A stretch of 64,000 nt of DNA from positions 1 to 64,000 of the forward strand of contig JABANN010000080.1 of NCBI GenBank assembly GCA_013115125.1, written 5' to 3'. The notes under the pieces are model-generated. The model made no database searches. It worked only from the letters and a program-made list of their open reading frames with translations, and was not told the DNA's origin. Numbering within the stretch: position 1 is the first letter of the stretch; each line of letters starts with the position of its first letter. Position numbers and translations under genes: made by a program. Source of the stretch: Perkinsus olseni (Eukaryota). Shown here one piece after another: positions 1 to 11,710 of this stretch.

Positions 1-290
1 ATGGTGACGTAACCCCCGCCGAGAGTACCGGGTGCGTTACCGCGTATGAGAGTGCCGGCATGGACTTGGGTACGATCCTGCATTATGTACCAACAATGAT
101 TCTCCCCATGGAAATCCTCAGCTGGGGGTAGGCAATTAGGTGGTTCCTCAAAGACAACGGGTGGACGTAGTGAACGGAGCTCAGGAACCTGGCCTGAGTT
201 ACCAACAGTATCATTTCCCCTGAAGGCGCCGGCGTGGCCCGCGATCACGATATGCGAGAGGAAGATGCTGATCCCGATTAAGAAAGACAT
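1..290 (-). CDS. Secreted lineage-specific protein, 5' part (runs off window); paralogue of the gene at 5686-6492
   Basis: Reverse strand reads MSFLIGISIFLSHIVIAGHAGAFRGNDTVGNSGQVPELRSLRPPVVFEEPPNCLPPAE, collinear with MLFLIDLALFHIVIAGYTDAFSGNDTVANPGQVTELRSLRLPIAYEEPPNCLPPAE; hydrophobic signal-peptide-like N-terminus. Confidence 0.75.
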   Translation of the reverse strand, partial: MSFLIGISIFLSHIVIAGHAGAFRGNDTVGNSGQVPELRSLRPPVVFEEPPNCLPPAEDFHGENHCWYIMQDRTQVHAGTLIRGNAPGTLGGGYVT

Positions 291-723
291 GTTTGCAGCT
301 TGGCGAGAGAAAAGACGGGAGACACTTCAACTTCGTCATGGCGCCGAGATCCCTTGTCCCAGGCTTCCCCGTAGTGTCCCCTTCGCGATCTACGCCTGAA
401 TTATCAGCGTATTTGCACTCTATTATCGATTGGATAGTAGGATCCCTTCGCTTGTTTCTCCGCCAGCGGTGCTTATATGGCCTTGCCCTGAAGTTGATCT
501 CCCCCAGTGATAATCCCGATAATGGGGAAGCTGGCTCCCTAGGGACGGTCGATCTCAGATCGTCGACCTGCGACTGGCGCGTCCATCTGTCTACGTGCCG
601 GCAACACTAGCTGTTGAGCAATACGAGGCGTAGGTCTTCTTTAGGATACTTTTGGGTATGGGGGATGGAACGATGGAAAGTGGAGGTGCTTGGAAATTTG
701 GAGACGTACTGAAATCAATCAAT

Positions 724-1254
724 CTAGATTGGACGAAGTTGAATAGTCAGTCTGTGGTGTACAAACTCCGTGGAGCGAAGGTCGCTCAGCAGACCGTGGT
801 TGAGAATGCGATGACGGCGAGTGGAGGTGGCAGGCCCTAAGACGGCCACTGACAGTGGCCCACTGTTAGAGCAAGAATCTACCGGATACTCAGTACCCTC
901 CCCTTGACAGTTAAGGTCTACTACCAGTACTAGATCTAATACGCAGCGTATTATTCGCTCCGGTTTGATCGAAGGACCCGTAAAGTACATAATCTCCTGA
1001 TCGAGCCAGAGCTCTTCCAATACTGTTGTCCAGGCTAGTTCAGGATCAGAAGCCTGTGCCGGCCCCTGCGCCAGTTGACCGTCATTCACCCCTCCCGAGA
1101 GCTTTGCCGGTGTAGAAAAACTTCCGGCGGCCGTTTCATCATCTTTCATCTTTCTATATTTGTAAAGAGTGGCTGCGATATCCACAGTCCCTTCAACTTC
1201 TGGTATCCTCCCTACAGACTTGCCCAAGAGTATACCAACGAAAATTGAGGTCAC
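724..1254 (-). pseudogene. Possible degenerate non-LTR retrotransposon (APE endonuclease-like) fragment
   Basis: LVVDLNC and PATSTRRHRILNHGLLSDL loosely resemble the APE GDFN and PT...IDH...SD motifs; lies inside an insertion relative to the duplicated copy. Confidence 0.25.
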
Positions 1255-1430
1255 TGCTCATATCGCTAACATTATTCACTCAAATTTATATAAAGAGCCA
1301 AGATACCGGAATGAAATGAAGCGCAGTGGACTGAGAGAGTCGTTACATCACTGAGGGCCTCAGTCTGAGGCTAAGTCGATGTCTGAACTACCATGGCTCG
1401 AACTAGAATAGACTGACAAAGAAGTCCAGA

Positions 1431-2357
1431 ATGATGCAAACTGGACTTTTACCACCCGCTATTATAGAGTTTGGTGTCACGGTGGCCGTAATCGACCGGA
1501 GGACACTGGGGAAAATCGTCACTCAGACTTTGGGGCTTTGCTCCGCGATTCGAAGCTCTAATTTTCGCACCCACGATGGCCTCGAATCTCCAATCTCCGT
1601 CGTGCACCCCTCGTCAACTAGCTTGAATCCATCTGCGTACATTGACTTCGACAAGTATTTCAATAGCTCTAGTTCCACTTTCGAAGCTAGCAGCCTGGCC
1701 GAGGATCTTGATGGTAACCCCGTCCTAGTTAGGAAGCTACTTCCTTCTACTATGGATGAGGAAAAGAGCAGAGCGAAGCCGATCAAGAATTTCAGTGCTA
1801 AATGGTCCAGGGCGTTCATCATCTATTCGGTTGCGGTTCTGGTGGTTCAAGAAGCCGAGTCGTCCTCCACCAAGACACCCGATCAACAGGGAGAGTCCGC
1901 GGCTTCGGACAGCAGCTCCGATAGCGACGACGCCGGGTATATTTCCTTCCTGGATATGTTAGCCCTCCATAAGCGTATCCTATGGTACGCGGCGGAATAT
2001 AATTGGTCGATGGCTGCTTGTGTCGACAAGTCCGTTCGACAAGCGATAGATGCTACCTGTCGGAGTGGTACACGGAGTCTGGCACAGTGTTATAAGTCTT
2101 TCGACCTCTGGTCTGGCAAAGCGTCGGAAGCTGTTGGTCTTGCCATGAACAGCCAAACCGCGCCGTGCAGCACTCTTCGTCAACCACAAGGTAACTCCAA
2201 TACATTTGTCACTGCGAATAGTAGCACTCAAACTGCTCACGTCGGGAAATTCTCGCGGCAGGGTCCGAAGCGTCCGGTCGCGCCTTCCTTTGGACAAGAC
2301 CCACCGTCGAAGCTGTCCTTTCCTATTCCTTCTCGACCTGATAATTCTCACAAGTAG
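1431..2357 (+). CDS. Gag-like ORF of a DIRS/Ngaro-type tyrosine-recombinase retroelement
   Basis: Intronless 308-aa ORF; LALHKRILWYAAEYNWSMAACVDKSVRQAI...SFDLW resembles the W...(Y)D..FR...D.W pattern of Ngaro/DIRS gag; YR ORF downstream on the same strand. Confidence 0.5.
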   Translation: MMQTGLLPPAIIEFGVTVAVIDRRTLGKIVTQTLGLCSAIRSSNFRTHDGLESPISVVHPSSTSLNPSAYIDFDKYFNSSSSTFEASSLAEDLDGNPVLVRKLLPSTMDEEKSRAKPIKNFSAKWSRAFIIYSVAVLVVQEAESSSTKTPDQQGESAASDSSSDSDDAGYISFLDMLALHKRILWYAAEYNWSMAACVDKSVRQAIDATCRSGTRSLAQCYKSFDLWSGKASEAVGLAMNSQTAPCSTLRQPQGNSNTFVTANSSTQTAHVGKFSRQGPKRPVAPSFGQDPPSKLSFPIPSRPDNSHK

Positions 2358-3220
2358 TCTACCTTCGAAGTCTACAGTTCAGTAGTTTCTCTCGAGTGTA
2401 CCTACAGAGTGTCGGGTGAGTGGCTAAGCCACTGTGGCTTGCGTTGCCTCATAGAAAGGCCTTGCACCTTTCTTCTAGATTGTTGAATCTTCTTTTCTTT
2501 TCCAATTGCTACTAATCACGTTAAGAGGGGCCGCGCCAGCACCACTGAACGGCGGCGTCGCTACACTCGCCGTAGACGAGCTGAGTCAACCTTCCTGCCT
2601 ACTCCTACTGAGTGTGGTCAGGACTTTTGTCCCCCTGTCTACACCTTTTCCCGAGCAAATAAAATGTTTTTTCGTTTGATTTAAAAGGGCACGGAAAATC
2701 GAATTTCATTTTAAAAAAGTTTTTATCCACTTTAAATACTTCAGCAAGTTTAAAATACTTGTGTCACGCATATTAAATCTCACTTTCCATGCAATTTAGA
2801 ATGCTCTACAGTAGTCGCCGAATTAGTCGCGCGCATCCCCGTTGTTCATTGCATGCCTCATCGTGAAATTTTCATCCCGTAGCTTCTATCTCAATATGAT
2901 CAACGTCAATGGCGTCGGACTTCTAAGGCACAGCATTAGCTGAGGGTAACACGCAACATGGTAGATATTTCATATACAGTAGTAGCCGTGACATCACGCC
3001 AGTGACATGATGTCACACGTGGCAGCGTTCTCGGAGGAACTTCCACCGGATCGAATCATTGAAGTATGATTACCGTTGGCAAGAATCACGACTCGTGATT
3101 CACGAGCATTAGTGTTCTACCGTGTTTCATGAGCTTAGAGTATGTGTTCGAGTTGCAGGAAGGGGGTCGTAGTAGCAGAATGATTTAGATAGGGAAAAGG
3201 TGTAGACGAATGACAGTTCC

Positions 3221-4128
3221 ATGTTGCCGTCTCTCCAGAGATATGTTGAGTCTCTGAAGAGCTTGGGGGAAGCTTGGGAGCTTGATGTTGCTCTCCGTCC
3301 AGCAGCTAAGATTTTGGGTAAAGGTAAAGTTTTACGAGCGCATACCCTTACCATTGTCAATGGTCCATTGAGCAAGCGACCACAGTTCGCCAGCGTCTGT
3401 CGTCGGCCCATAGTACTATGTTTTTGGTCGGCACGGTCGGACTGCTGCGTATTGGCGAATTAGGAGCTCTTACCACCAAAGATCTTGAATTTACTCCTTC
3501 TGCGCTTCATTTACACATTAGGGCGAGCAAAACTGATCAATGCGGTGTCGATCGTATTGTCCCCCTGGCGTGCCCAAGCGGCGTATCCACTCTGTCACCT
3601 TCCTGTGCCTCAGCTTTATGCGCGGTGCATCATCTCCGACAATGGGTGTCGAAGTCTCCCAGTTACTCTCCCACAGCCAGGCTATTCCCGGCTGAGATCA
3701 CCGCTACCTTCCCTTCGTGTCTTCGTGACGTTCTCTTCAATCTCATGGGAGAACGTCCCCGCTGCACCCCTCATTGCATGCGAAGGTCTGGAGCTCTGAT
3801 AGCTTTTCGCCGTGGCATGCCACTAGAAGAGATCGCCCTACTAGGACGTTGGTCTGGTACACAAACGTTAGTTACCAGCTATTTACGTGACGCCACTGAC
3901 GAGCTTCCGCGTGACCTGCCCGCCGCCTTCCCGGGTGGAATTCAGCCCTCCCACCCTCAACCTAAACCGAGTCTGCGGGTGAGCCATGGTAGCCCTGGCA
4001 TCAAGGGTTCCCAGGCTGGACGAGTCCAGTGTTTGGGTGCTTGCGTGTTCGCACGCCCAGCACTCCGGTGCAATGGCAGACGGGCCGGCGCTGCTCCTCT
4101 GCATGTCGTCCTCAACAGAGGCACGTGA
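3221..4128 (+). pseudogene. Tyrosine recombinase of DIRS/Ngaro type, frameshifted
   Basis: Catalytic residues visible: LLRIGE (R), RASKTDQ (K), HCMRR (HxxR), LGRWS (W), TSYLR (Y). Removing 14 nt at 3351-3364 joins ORF 3221 in frame to ORF 3418. Confidence 0.85.
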
Positions 4129-5685
4129 CACATGCCCTGTTCAGGTGTGCCATAACCGTCCCTTTCTCCCAGTCCCCGCAGTCAGAGGTTTCATCTGCGG
4201 AAAAAATGTCGAGTCGGTCTCGTTTTCACTTACGCGATCCCTGACCTGGGGACGAGCCACGCGTGTTCATCTCCAGCCAGGCTAACGATGACAAGTGCAG
4301 CAGCGGAGAGTGCAAAGAGGTGGAGCATTGAAGCAGAGAACTGAAACTTTCGCTTTTACCGTACCGACTCAACCATGCCAGCCTGGCATTGCCAGTGGAA
4401 CATAATCCGCAGTGCTATAATTGCTGGAGCTCAGCGATGCGTGACGAGATCCACTGTTCCAGGAACAATGGATGCCGCCAATCTGTCACGCGGAACAGTG
4501 TTCCCAGTGGGAGCTGCCTTGACTTGCAATACGTATGTTAGGTTCCAGTCGTCTAGCTTCGGACCTCATCTAACCTCAAGCGCTTATGAGCAACGATGTG
4601 CGTTCAACCCACACACTGAGCTAAGCTATTGAAGCCTAGCTGTACACCGGGTGACACCGGGTGTAATACACCCGGCGGGTGTATTACGCCCCTCCACAAA
4701 TTCTTAGCATATCCGGGTCTTCGACTCGTATACTGTGCCCTGAACGAATACGGCCCTGCAACACACGGAGATGTGCTCTCATGCTACGCAGGATATAACC
4801 TCCAACTTTCAGGTCCCAACAGGTTCTTCGTTGTTCGTGTCACTAACTTAGTGATAATCCGAAAATGGCGACCAATTCACGAAGATTGAAGAGCCCGGGG
4901 ACTTCATTGATGAGTACTAACTCGCCGTAAGGAAGGGCCTCCTCCCGTCCGAATCAACGAGTCACTCGTAACGAGTGAAGAGCCTTGGTAGGGGTTTTCC
5001 TCCTCGGTGCACCATATTCAGAATTTTAAAGCGTATGTGTAGGTAAATCGTAAAAGTATAAGTGAGTTGTGCGCTTAATAAGTCATACATCTATTTAGTG
5101 AACAAATATCTCAGTACGCCCAATACGCCAAATAGCCCAGGGCTACGGTGGGATTTTGCACTTATAGGGGATTCAATACCTTGCGATACAACGCAAGTCT
5201 CGTATCCAATTTTGAAGGGATAGTGAGAAATAAGTTATCTGGAATAACAGGTAAAACAGAACCCATTAACGACACTTATATAAGCATCATATTATAATGG
5301 CGAAACGACGACATTAGCGATAATTGAACTTGACGTCCCAAACTTCAAAACAACAACAACAACCACTACTGCTGCCCGCCGGTGACCATCCTGAATCTGC
5401 AGGCCCTTGAACCTTCTGGTTCAGTCCCAACAGAGTTGCTCACGACTCTTGAGCCAAGAGTTCACCAATGAATATTAAGGTGATTGCTTATCCGCTCGTA
5501 TGCCCACGAAAAACGAAAACAATAGCAAAAAAGGGCAGCGAGACTCCTCGGATAACTAAGGGTGAGCTGATGACTGATTCGCCATGGTTCGAAGTAACAT
5601 TGACGGAGTTAGGTAAAAGGTCTCCTCTTCAGTCCGGAGCCTCCGGGTATGAGCAGATACATCCAGACTGATGAAAATCGGGCGT

Positions 5686-6492
5686 TTACTTTTCGTTACT
5701 GTAGAGTGTGATGCCATGGGAGGAGTAGTCGACTGGAGAACACTGAGAAAGGCCATTTCCCAGACTTTCGGAGTCGGCCGCGGGAACCGAAGCGCTGATT
5801 TCTGCATCAACTACAGCCTGAAATTTCCACTTTCCCTTTCCATTATTGAAGATGTCCACGGTCAAGGATATCTTCGAATGTTGATAGCCTCTATCGGCTT
5901 TGGTGTTGAGCAGTACCTGGAGACGACTATATTGATCCGTCTTGTGCACAGCTGCAACGCCAAGCCCCTCGGCTGTCGCTGCCACCCTCCCCCAGCACGG
6001 AATGTCCACGACGGTAAGCAGTGATGCTGGGAAGTTTAGCTGCTTGGCTTGGCCAGCATCTTCTCCACCGATCTTGAAGAATCTTGGAACGTTGAAGAGG
6101 AGGTAAAGCTTGATCCCAAAGTCCAAGGTTAAGTCTAAGGTGGTGAAACCTTCTGCCCAGACGCCAACATCTCTCGCCCAAGGGTTCGAATTGACAGTAA
6201 TGAGTTCGAGGGTGACGTACCCGATACCGAGAGCACCGGCTACGGTCCCGGGGATGAGCGTGCCGACATTAACTTGGCTATCACCCTCCAGACGGTACCA
6301 ACAATAGTTCTTCCCCTGGAAATTTTCAGCTGGAGGTAAGCAGTTGGGTGGTTCCTCGTAGGCAATGGGAAGACGTAGTGAGCGAAGCTCAGTAACCTGG
6401 CCTGGGTTAGCAACAGTATCATTTCCGCTGAAGGCGTCGGTGTATCCCGCAATGACGATATGGAAGAGAGCGAGGTCGATCAAGAAGAGCAT
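5686..6492 (-). CDS. Secreted lineage-specific protein (may have further 3' exons toward ~5420)
   Basis: ~269-codon ORF from the ATG at 6492, signal-peptide-like start, paralogue at 1-290. Confidence 0.7.
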   Translation of the reverse strand: MLFLIDLALFHIVIAGYTDAFSGNDTVANPGQVTELRSLRLPIAYEEPPNCLPPAENFQGKNYCWYRLEGDSQVNVGTLIPGTVAGALGIGYVTLELITVNSNPWARDVGVWAEGFTTLDLTLDFGIKLYLLFNVPRFFKIGGEDAGQAKQLNFPASLLTVVDIPCWGRVAATAEGLGVAAVHKTDQYSRLQVLLNTKADRGYQHSKISLTVDIFNNGKGKWKFQAVVDAEISASVPAADSESLGNGLSQCSPVDYSSHGITLYSNEK

Positions 6493-9400
6493 GTTCACAC
6501 TCTTGAGAAAGAAAAGACGGAATATGGGACATCTGACGTCACAGCGACGCCATTGGCGTCACGCCAATATCCTCTTGTCCCTGGTGTCCTCATAGTGTCC
6601 ACTTTGCGATCTACGCCCATTTCTTCGGCGTATTCGCATCTTCGGTCCGATAGTGGGGTTTCCTCACTCATTTGCCTGCCTGTGTCACTTACATGCTCTT
6701 GCCCTGTGTTCGATCTCTCATAATGGCAATATCTAATTTAAGGAGGATGACACCTTACAGGCAATCGTACTCAGACCGTCGATCTGTGACGGGTGCGTCC
6801 GCCTGTCTACTTGCCGTCAACTCTAGGCTAGTGTCACCAGCTGTTGAGCAACACGAAGCATAGGTCTCCCTAGGATAATTTCAGGTATGAGGGACCGAAC
6901 GAACGAAAGTGGAGGTGGTTGGAAATCTGGAGATCTACTGAAATCAATCAATCGAGAGCTTGGACAGAGTTGAATACTCGCCCGAGAAGTGAGCACCATA
7001 TCAGATCATGTCTGCGGCGGTCCCGAGCAGCACGACAAACTCCAATCACTCCAACCCGAACCACTTGAGAACCACGGAACCCAGTGCGCAGCAGCTTCCC
7101 CGTCTGGCCGCATCTTCGCCTCGGGGCACCTTACACATGCATGAGTCGGACCAGGGCTGCCCTAACTTACACATTGCCCGGACCTTGGCAGTACCGAATG
7201 AGTAAAGAGTCTCCATCTCTCTCTAGCTCGAGAGTATAACCCTAACCATCCCAACCCGAACAATGATTTCATCCCGACCCGGCGTTTTACGCAGGATTGC
7301 GTTTTTCTACACACTTGATGGTTAGTCGCCAGGCCCTGGCACAAAACTGAGCGCAACCCGAAACTAGAGTACCGGCATTTGAAAAGCTGGTTGAAATCAA
7401 AGGGCACTCTGTCTGTCAGCACTGGCAACGACGAATCGTTCGTCACAAACGCAACCTCTGTGAAAGAATGACTGCTGCTTTCTGTACCTACTAAAGGACG
7501 CCCGTCCTTAGGACGGGCCAGAGCGGCTCTGGCAGAGCCTCTCGGCTTATTGAGCCGGACAATAATCGAATCTTATAATGGCCGTTGGCTTTAAGGTGGA
7601 GGCTATTCAGATAGGGTACATGCATATGCGACTTGTCTTTCCTTTGATAGAATAAGGTCCTTATAACGAGACGGTTATTCAAGCAGACCCAACTTGGGTC
7701 ACCCAAGCATGTCCGAGCTCACGTTTCCATTCGAGGCGTCACCCCGAATCACCTCGGGAGTGACAAGGCACCGCCCATCCCAGCACAAAGTGCCGTACGG
7801 ACTGGGCGTAGCGCAAGAGAGCATGGGAGGACCCTTGAGGGCTCTCAAGCCGCCATCTTGTCCGAGGACCCTCCTGTACTCGCATGGCGGAGCGCTGGCG
7901 ACTCCGAGCAGACCTTTAGTGTCCTGAGACCATCACGAGGTTCAGAGAGATAACCGAAACACGAAAAGACCTCGATTCCTCTCGGGATTTCATCTTCTCC
8001 GTAGTGGCAGCCAATAACTTCATAAAATACCGATAGAGTGCACTTTCCGGTGGGGCGCTCGAAGAACCCTAGAAGTCACCGTTCGAAACCGGCAGATGAG
8101 TGAATCAGCCAATGTCACCTGGTAGGCCAGTCTTGTTTGCCACCCCGCTCATAGCGCCCTCATCCATGTCTTCGAGCGAATATTCGAATCTGCCGGCAGA
8201 ATGCCGAGTTGATCTCGTTTCCACTTACGCGGCCCCTGATTCGGCGACGAGCCACGCGTGTTCATCTTCAGCCACGCTAACGATGACAAGTGCAGCAGCG
8301 AAGACTGCAACGAGGTGGAGCATTGAAGCAGAGAACGTATGCCTTCACCGTACCGAATCAGCCAGATCGGCCAAACATCCTGAGGACACCCTGGGCTACA
8401 TGAGTCAGATGTAACCCAGTCCCCTCAACAACGATAGCACCTATCGTCGTTGATGCGTGATGGCTTGACGACCACTGCTCTAGCTGCATCACAATGGTCA
8501 CAACTGCCTCAACTGGCGACACACGTCATTGATCCCAGTCGTGTAGCTTCAGACCTCATCTGTCGTCATGCATGTCACGATGGGCGAGCGTATGCATTCA
8601 ACTCATAGACTGAGATAAGCTGTTACACTATAGCTAAGATATAACAGTTATAGCTTAGCTATCGATGCTGTTCCTCTCTCAAACTCCTCCTAAGTCCGAT
8701 CTCACGAGCTCTCGGACACTATTCAACAAACGATAGCGCCGTGCTATAGTTGATCCAGAAATGTTCTGAAGCCCATCTGTGACTAGAATCTGATGCGCAC
8801 CGTGCTGCAGTGTTCGGACTAACTAACCTGCGCAGTACGCGCGCACCAGCTGTTTCGCTACCCCCTACCGTTTCACTAGTAACCGTTGCATCATTACTCA
8901 CCATTTACTTATCACACTCGTATTTTCTTAGTTTCACCGAACTATGATGTCCTCCGGTAATAGTCAGTCTGCGTTGTGTTAAGCGAACGATGTAAAGAAG
9001 AGAAGTGACCCTCTTCAAGTGTCCCCACTGAAACCAGCGCAACACCGTACAATGAGAAAGTAACATCACGATGATGGTCATGGGAGACAGTAACAAACCA
9101 CAAGTAACCGGGCCCACACGAGTAGTGAGCAGTGACGACAGGACACGTCATCACACGATGTGCAGCTAACCATCGGAAGTTTCCTGAGCAACATCCGCTG
9201 TGGCGCATCCATTCTTCCCGTTTCGCGTAGGCTAGCGGATGCTCGTCAACAACATGATGTCGTCAACGCCGGAGGGAAACTCTTGCGGACACAGGAACCT
9301 TACTGTATCTTCCTTCGTCTGAGCTAAGATATTTCCACCAAAGTCGCCGAGATTCCAGTTTTCCTTCGGGCCTTCAATAACCGTACCTGCTACCACGGCG

Positions 9401-9816
9401 TGCTCCAAACGTAAACTTCCATCCCGCCTCTCACCGAGCATCTCTCTTTTAAGATCGGCCGCAGAGGAAGGGTCATGTACCAGCACAGTACCACTGGACG
9501 CAGCGGTAGTAACGGTATTGCTGCCGCTTATGATAACCGTTCCCGGCAGGACTTCTCGCTGAGGCTTGTACGTTAATATTGTTGACGACCTTCCACCACC
9601 TGATGAGACCGCCCGGACTCCCCAAAGTTGGCAATGTGTCCTCACTAGGAGGAAGCATCGTAGACGAGGAGAGCGACGCTCTGTTCGAGCCGTCGACGGT
9701 GGAGTGCTTCCGCGACGGGAAGGGCTGATAAGATCAAGAAGGCCTTACGGCGGATGTCGATCGGTAGATACGATCGCTCTCGTCACAGAGTGTCGGTACC
9801 TCATCCAGTACGTCCA

Positions 9817-11488
9817 TTAGTAAAATACCGTCCTGAAGCGCCGTGGCGGCTTGACAGGCCGAGTCTTTGAGGCTGATAACTTCCTTGGAGAGATGAGCCT
9901 TTTTCTGAATAAAAAACAGTAGGGGAAGAAGTGGTACCAACTCGTGGGATCGTGGACACCTCGACGACTTACCTGTTTGAACTCCTTCAAACTGTTCTTT
10001 CTCATTTCCTTCGATGATAGCAATTGATCCAGCGGGGGTACTGCAACCACGACATCGATCGCTGCCGCCCACAACCTGGCGTGCTCTTCCGACGGGAACC
10101 GTAGCACAGACGCGTTCCCTCCACGGGGGAAGAGCAGGGGACCTTTGGGAATGGATGAGCACACGTCAAGGATTCACAGGCGGTGCACAATTGATAAATT
10201 CTGAGACTCAAGATCGACTCTCAGACAGGATTTTACATGTAAATAATCACTCCAGAGTGTGTTCTGAATCTTCGAACTAGTTTGTTCAAAGAGAGGAGAA
10301 TATGCCCCTACGAGAGGATTTATGATCTTCTCTCCGAGAATGACGAGTATCGCGAAACGTATTCGGCAGTTAATGACGATGCCCTCTCCAACTTCGTCAT
10401 TCCGGAGAACGAAAAACGCGCTCAACAGTCAACATGGCTGTGATGGCTGCCTACCTCGCAATCTGCATCGCGGTCCGTCCCCTTTGTCCGACACTCGTGG
10501 TAGGAGTACATGGCTCACACGATGCTCTTTGGTCATGTCCGAGAACACCCTCAAGGTGGCGTCCATGTCGTTTGGCAGACGATTGGCAAAGTCGAAGGCA
10601 GGATACTAAAACGACGTCGCCAGGGCTTTGAGAGGGATAAGTTAGTGCGAAGTTACAGAGGAGAAAACCGCGATGAGAAACATATGACAAAATCTTGCGA
10701 ATCGGCATCTCCCTCCTCACCGTCACGTCAGCGTATCCGAGGACGAACTTCCTGCCTGTGGAACCGTCGGGGCCATAGCGTGGAGGTTGATTTGGCGAGT
10801 ACTGGATAACCTGTGGTTGAGCTCAACTGATTTAAGAACCGCCTTTGGTACCCATCCAGACAGAAGCACTCTAGAGGCCTCGTCTTCGGGTTGAACGTCG
10901 TTGTACTTCAGACCAGTGGTCGCCATCACACTCGCCGTCACGCGCGCAGCGCAGGATGTCAGGTAGTTGACAACGAGGTCACAGTCGGTCGCCGAAGCGA
11001 AGCTCAGCATGCCTGATGGACTCTGACCGGCGTGAGAATGGACTCGACTGTCGTACATCGTGGTAAGGGGCTTGCATGATACACCACCGCCTTCTGTTGG
11101 CTCGAACCAGACACGCGCGCGTATGTCGCTGAGACGCTGAGGAATTTGTGAGAGCGTCGGCGAGGTCAATCGAACCTGGAGTTGCCACGATCCCTATAGG
11201 GCTGAGGTGACGCTCGTGATTGTTGAAGTTGAGGACGATTCCAGAGAGCTTGAAGGTAATGGTGGCCACTGGATACTCTTCATCTAACGCGAAGGGCGTG
11301 GGTTCGATCCATACACTCCGCACTTTACCAGTATTATCTGCGAACCTGCAGGCGATGCTACCATCGTCTGCTGGAGTACTGATAGGTGAATGGGCTGGAA
11401 AGCGTAAAGGTTGGAAGTAGTTACTTGGGGTGGATGAGAGTGTCATATGACAGGTGGTTGAAGTCGAACGGCTGCTGAGCGACGGCAT
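9817..11488 (-). CDS. Hypothetical multi-exon protein
   Basis: Chain of minus-strand ORFs (10979-11488, 10723-11169, 9817-10164) with a repeated VW(I/F)EPT motif; no family recognised. Confidence 0.4.
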
Positions 11489-11586
11489 TCATCATAGATT
11501 TCCTGCGAGTCCTTCCTCAGTGAGGTTTTACCGGTTATTTCTCAACAAAGCTTAAGCAGAAGATGTTGGATATGACAATAACACAA

Positions 11587-11658
11587 GCACCGTTGGTCTA
11601 ATGGTTAGGATATCTGCCTTCCAAGCAGATGGTCCGGGTTCAATTCCCGGACGGTGCA
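11587..11658 (+). tRNA. tRNA-Gly (anticodon TCC)
   Basis: GCACCGT/ACGGTGC acceptor stem, D-arm TGGTCTAATGGTTAGGAT, anticodon arm TCTGC-CTTCCAA-GCAGA, T-arm CCGGG-TTCAATT-CCCGG; T-run shortly downstream. Confidence 0.95.
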
Positions 11659-11710
11659 TACCTATCCAACCCAACTTTTACGTCAATTGACAACACAAAC
11701 GACACTTGAA

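Larger units (their letters stand above)
1400..4200 (+). mobile_element. Degenerate non-autonomous YR retrotransposon (gag + YR, no RT/RNase H seen)
   Basis: Gag-like and YR ORFs are co-oriented and absent from the paralogous segment at 6980-8210; ends not resolved. Confidence 0.6.
1..8620. repeat. Tandem segmental duplication: 1-750 matches 6210-6980, and 4215-4630 matches 8215-8620
   Basis: Shared blocks such as tactgaaatcaatcaatc, gacgagccacgcgtgttcatct, ggagcattgaagcagagaac and ccagtcgt.tagcttc.gacctcatct. Confidence 0.85.

Noticed and set aside
5448-5459. Minus-strand TCTTGGCTCAAG matching the 3' 12 nt of the Perkinsus/dinoflagellate spliced leader
   Set aside because: The upstream CCGTAGCCA is absent, no GT donor follows, and it probably lies in a coding exon (NSWLKSRE)
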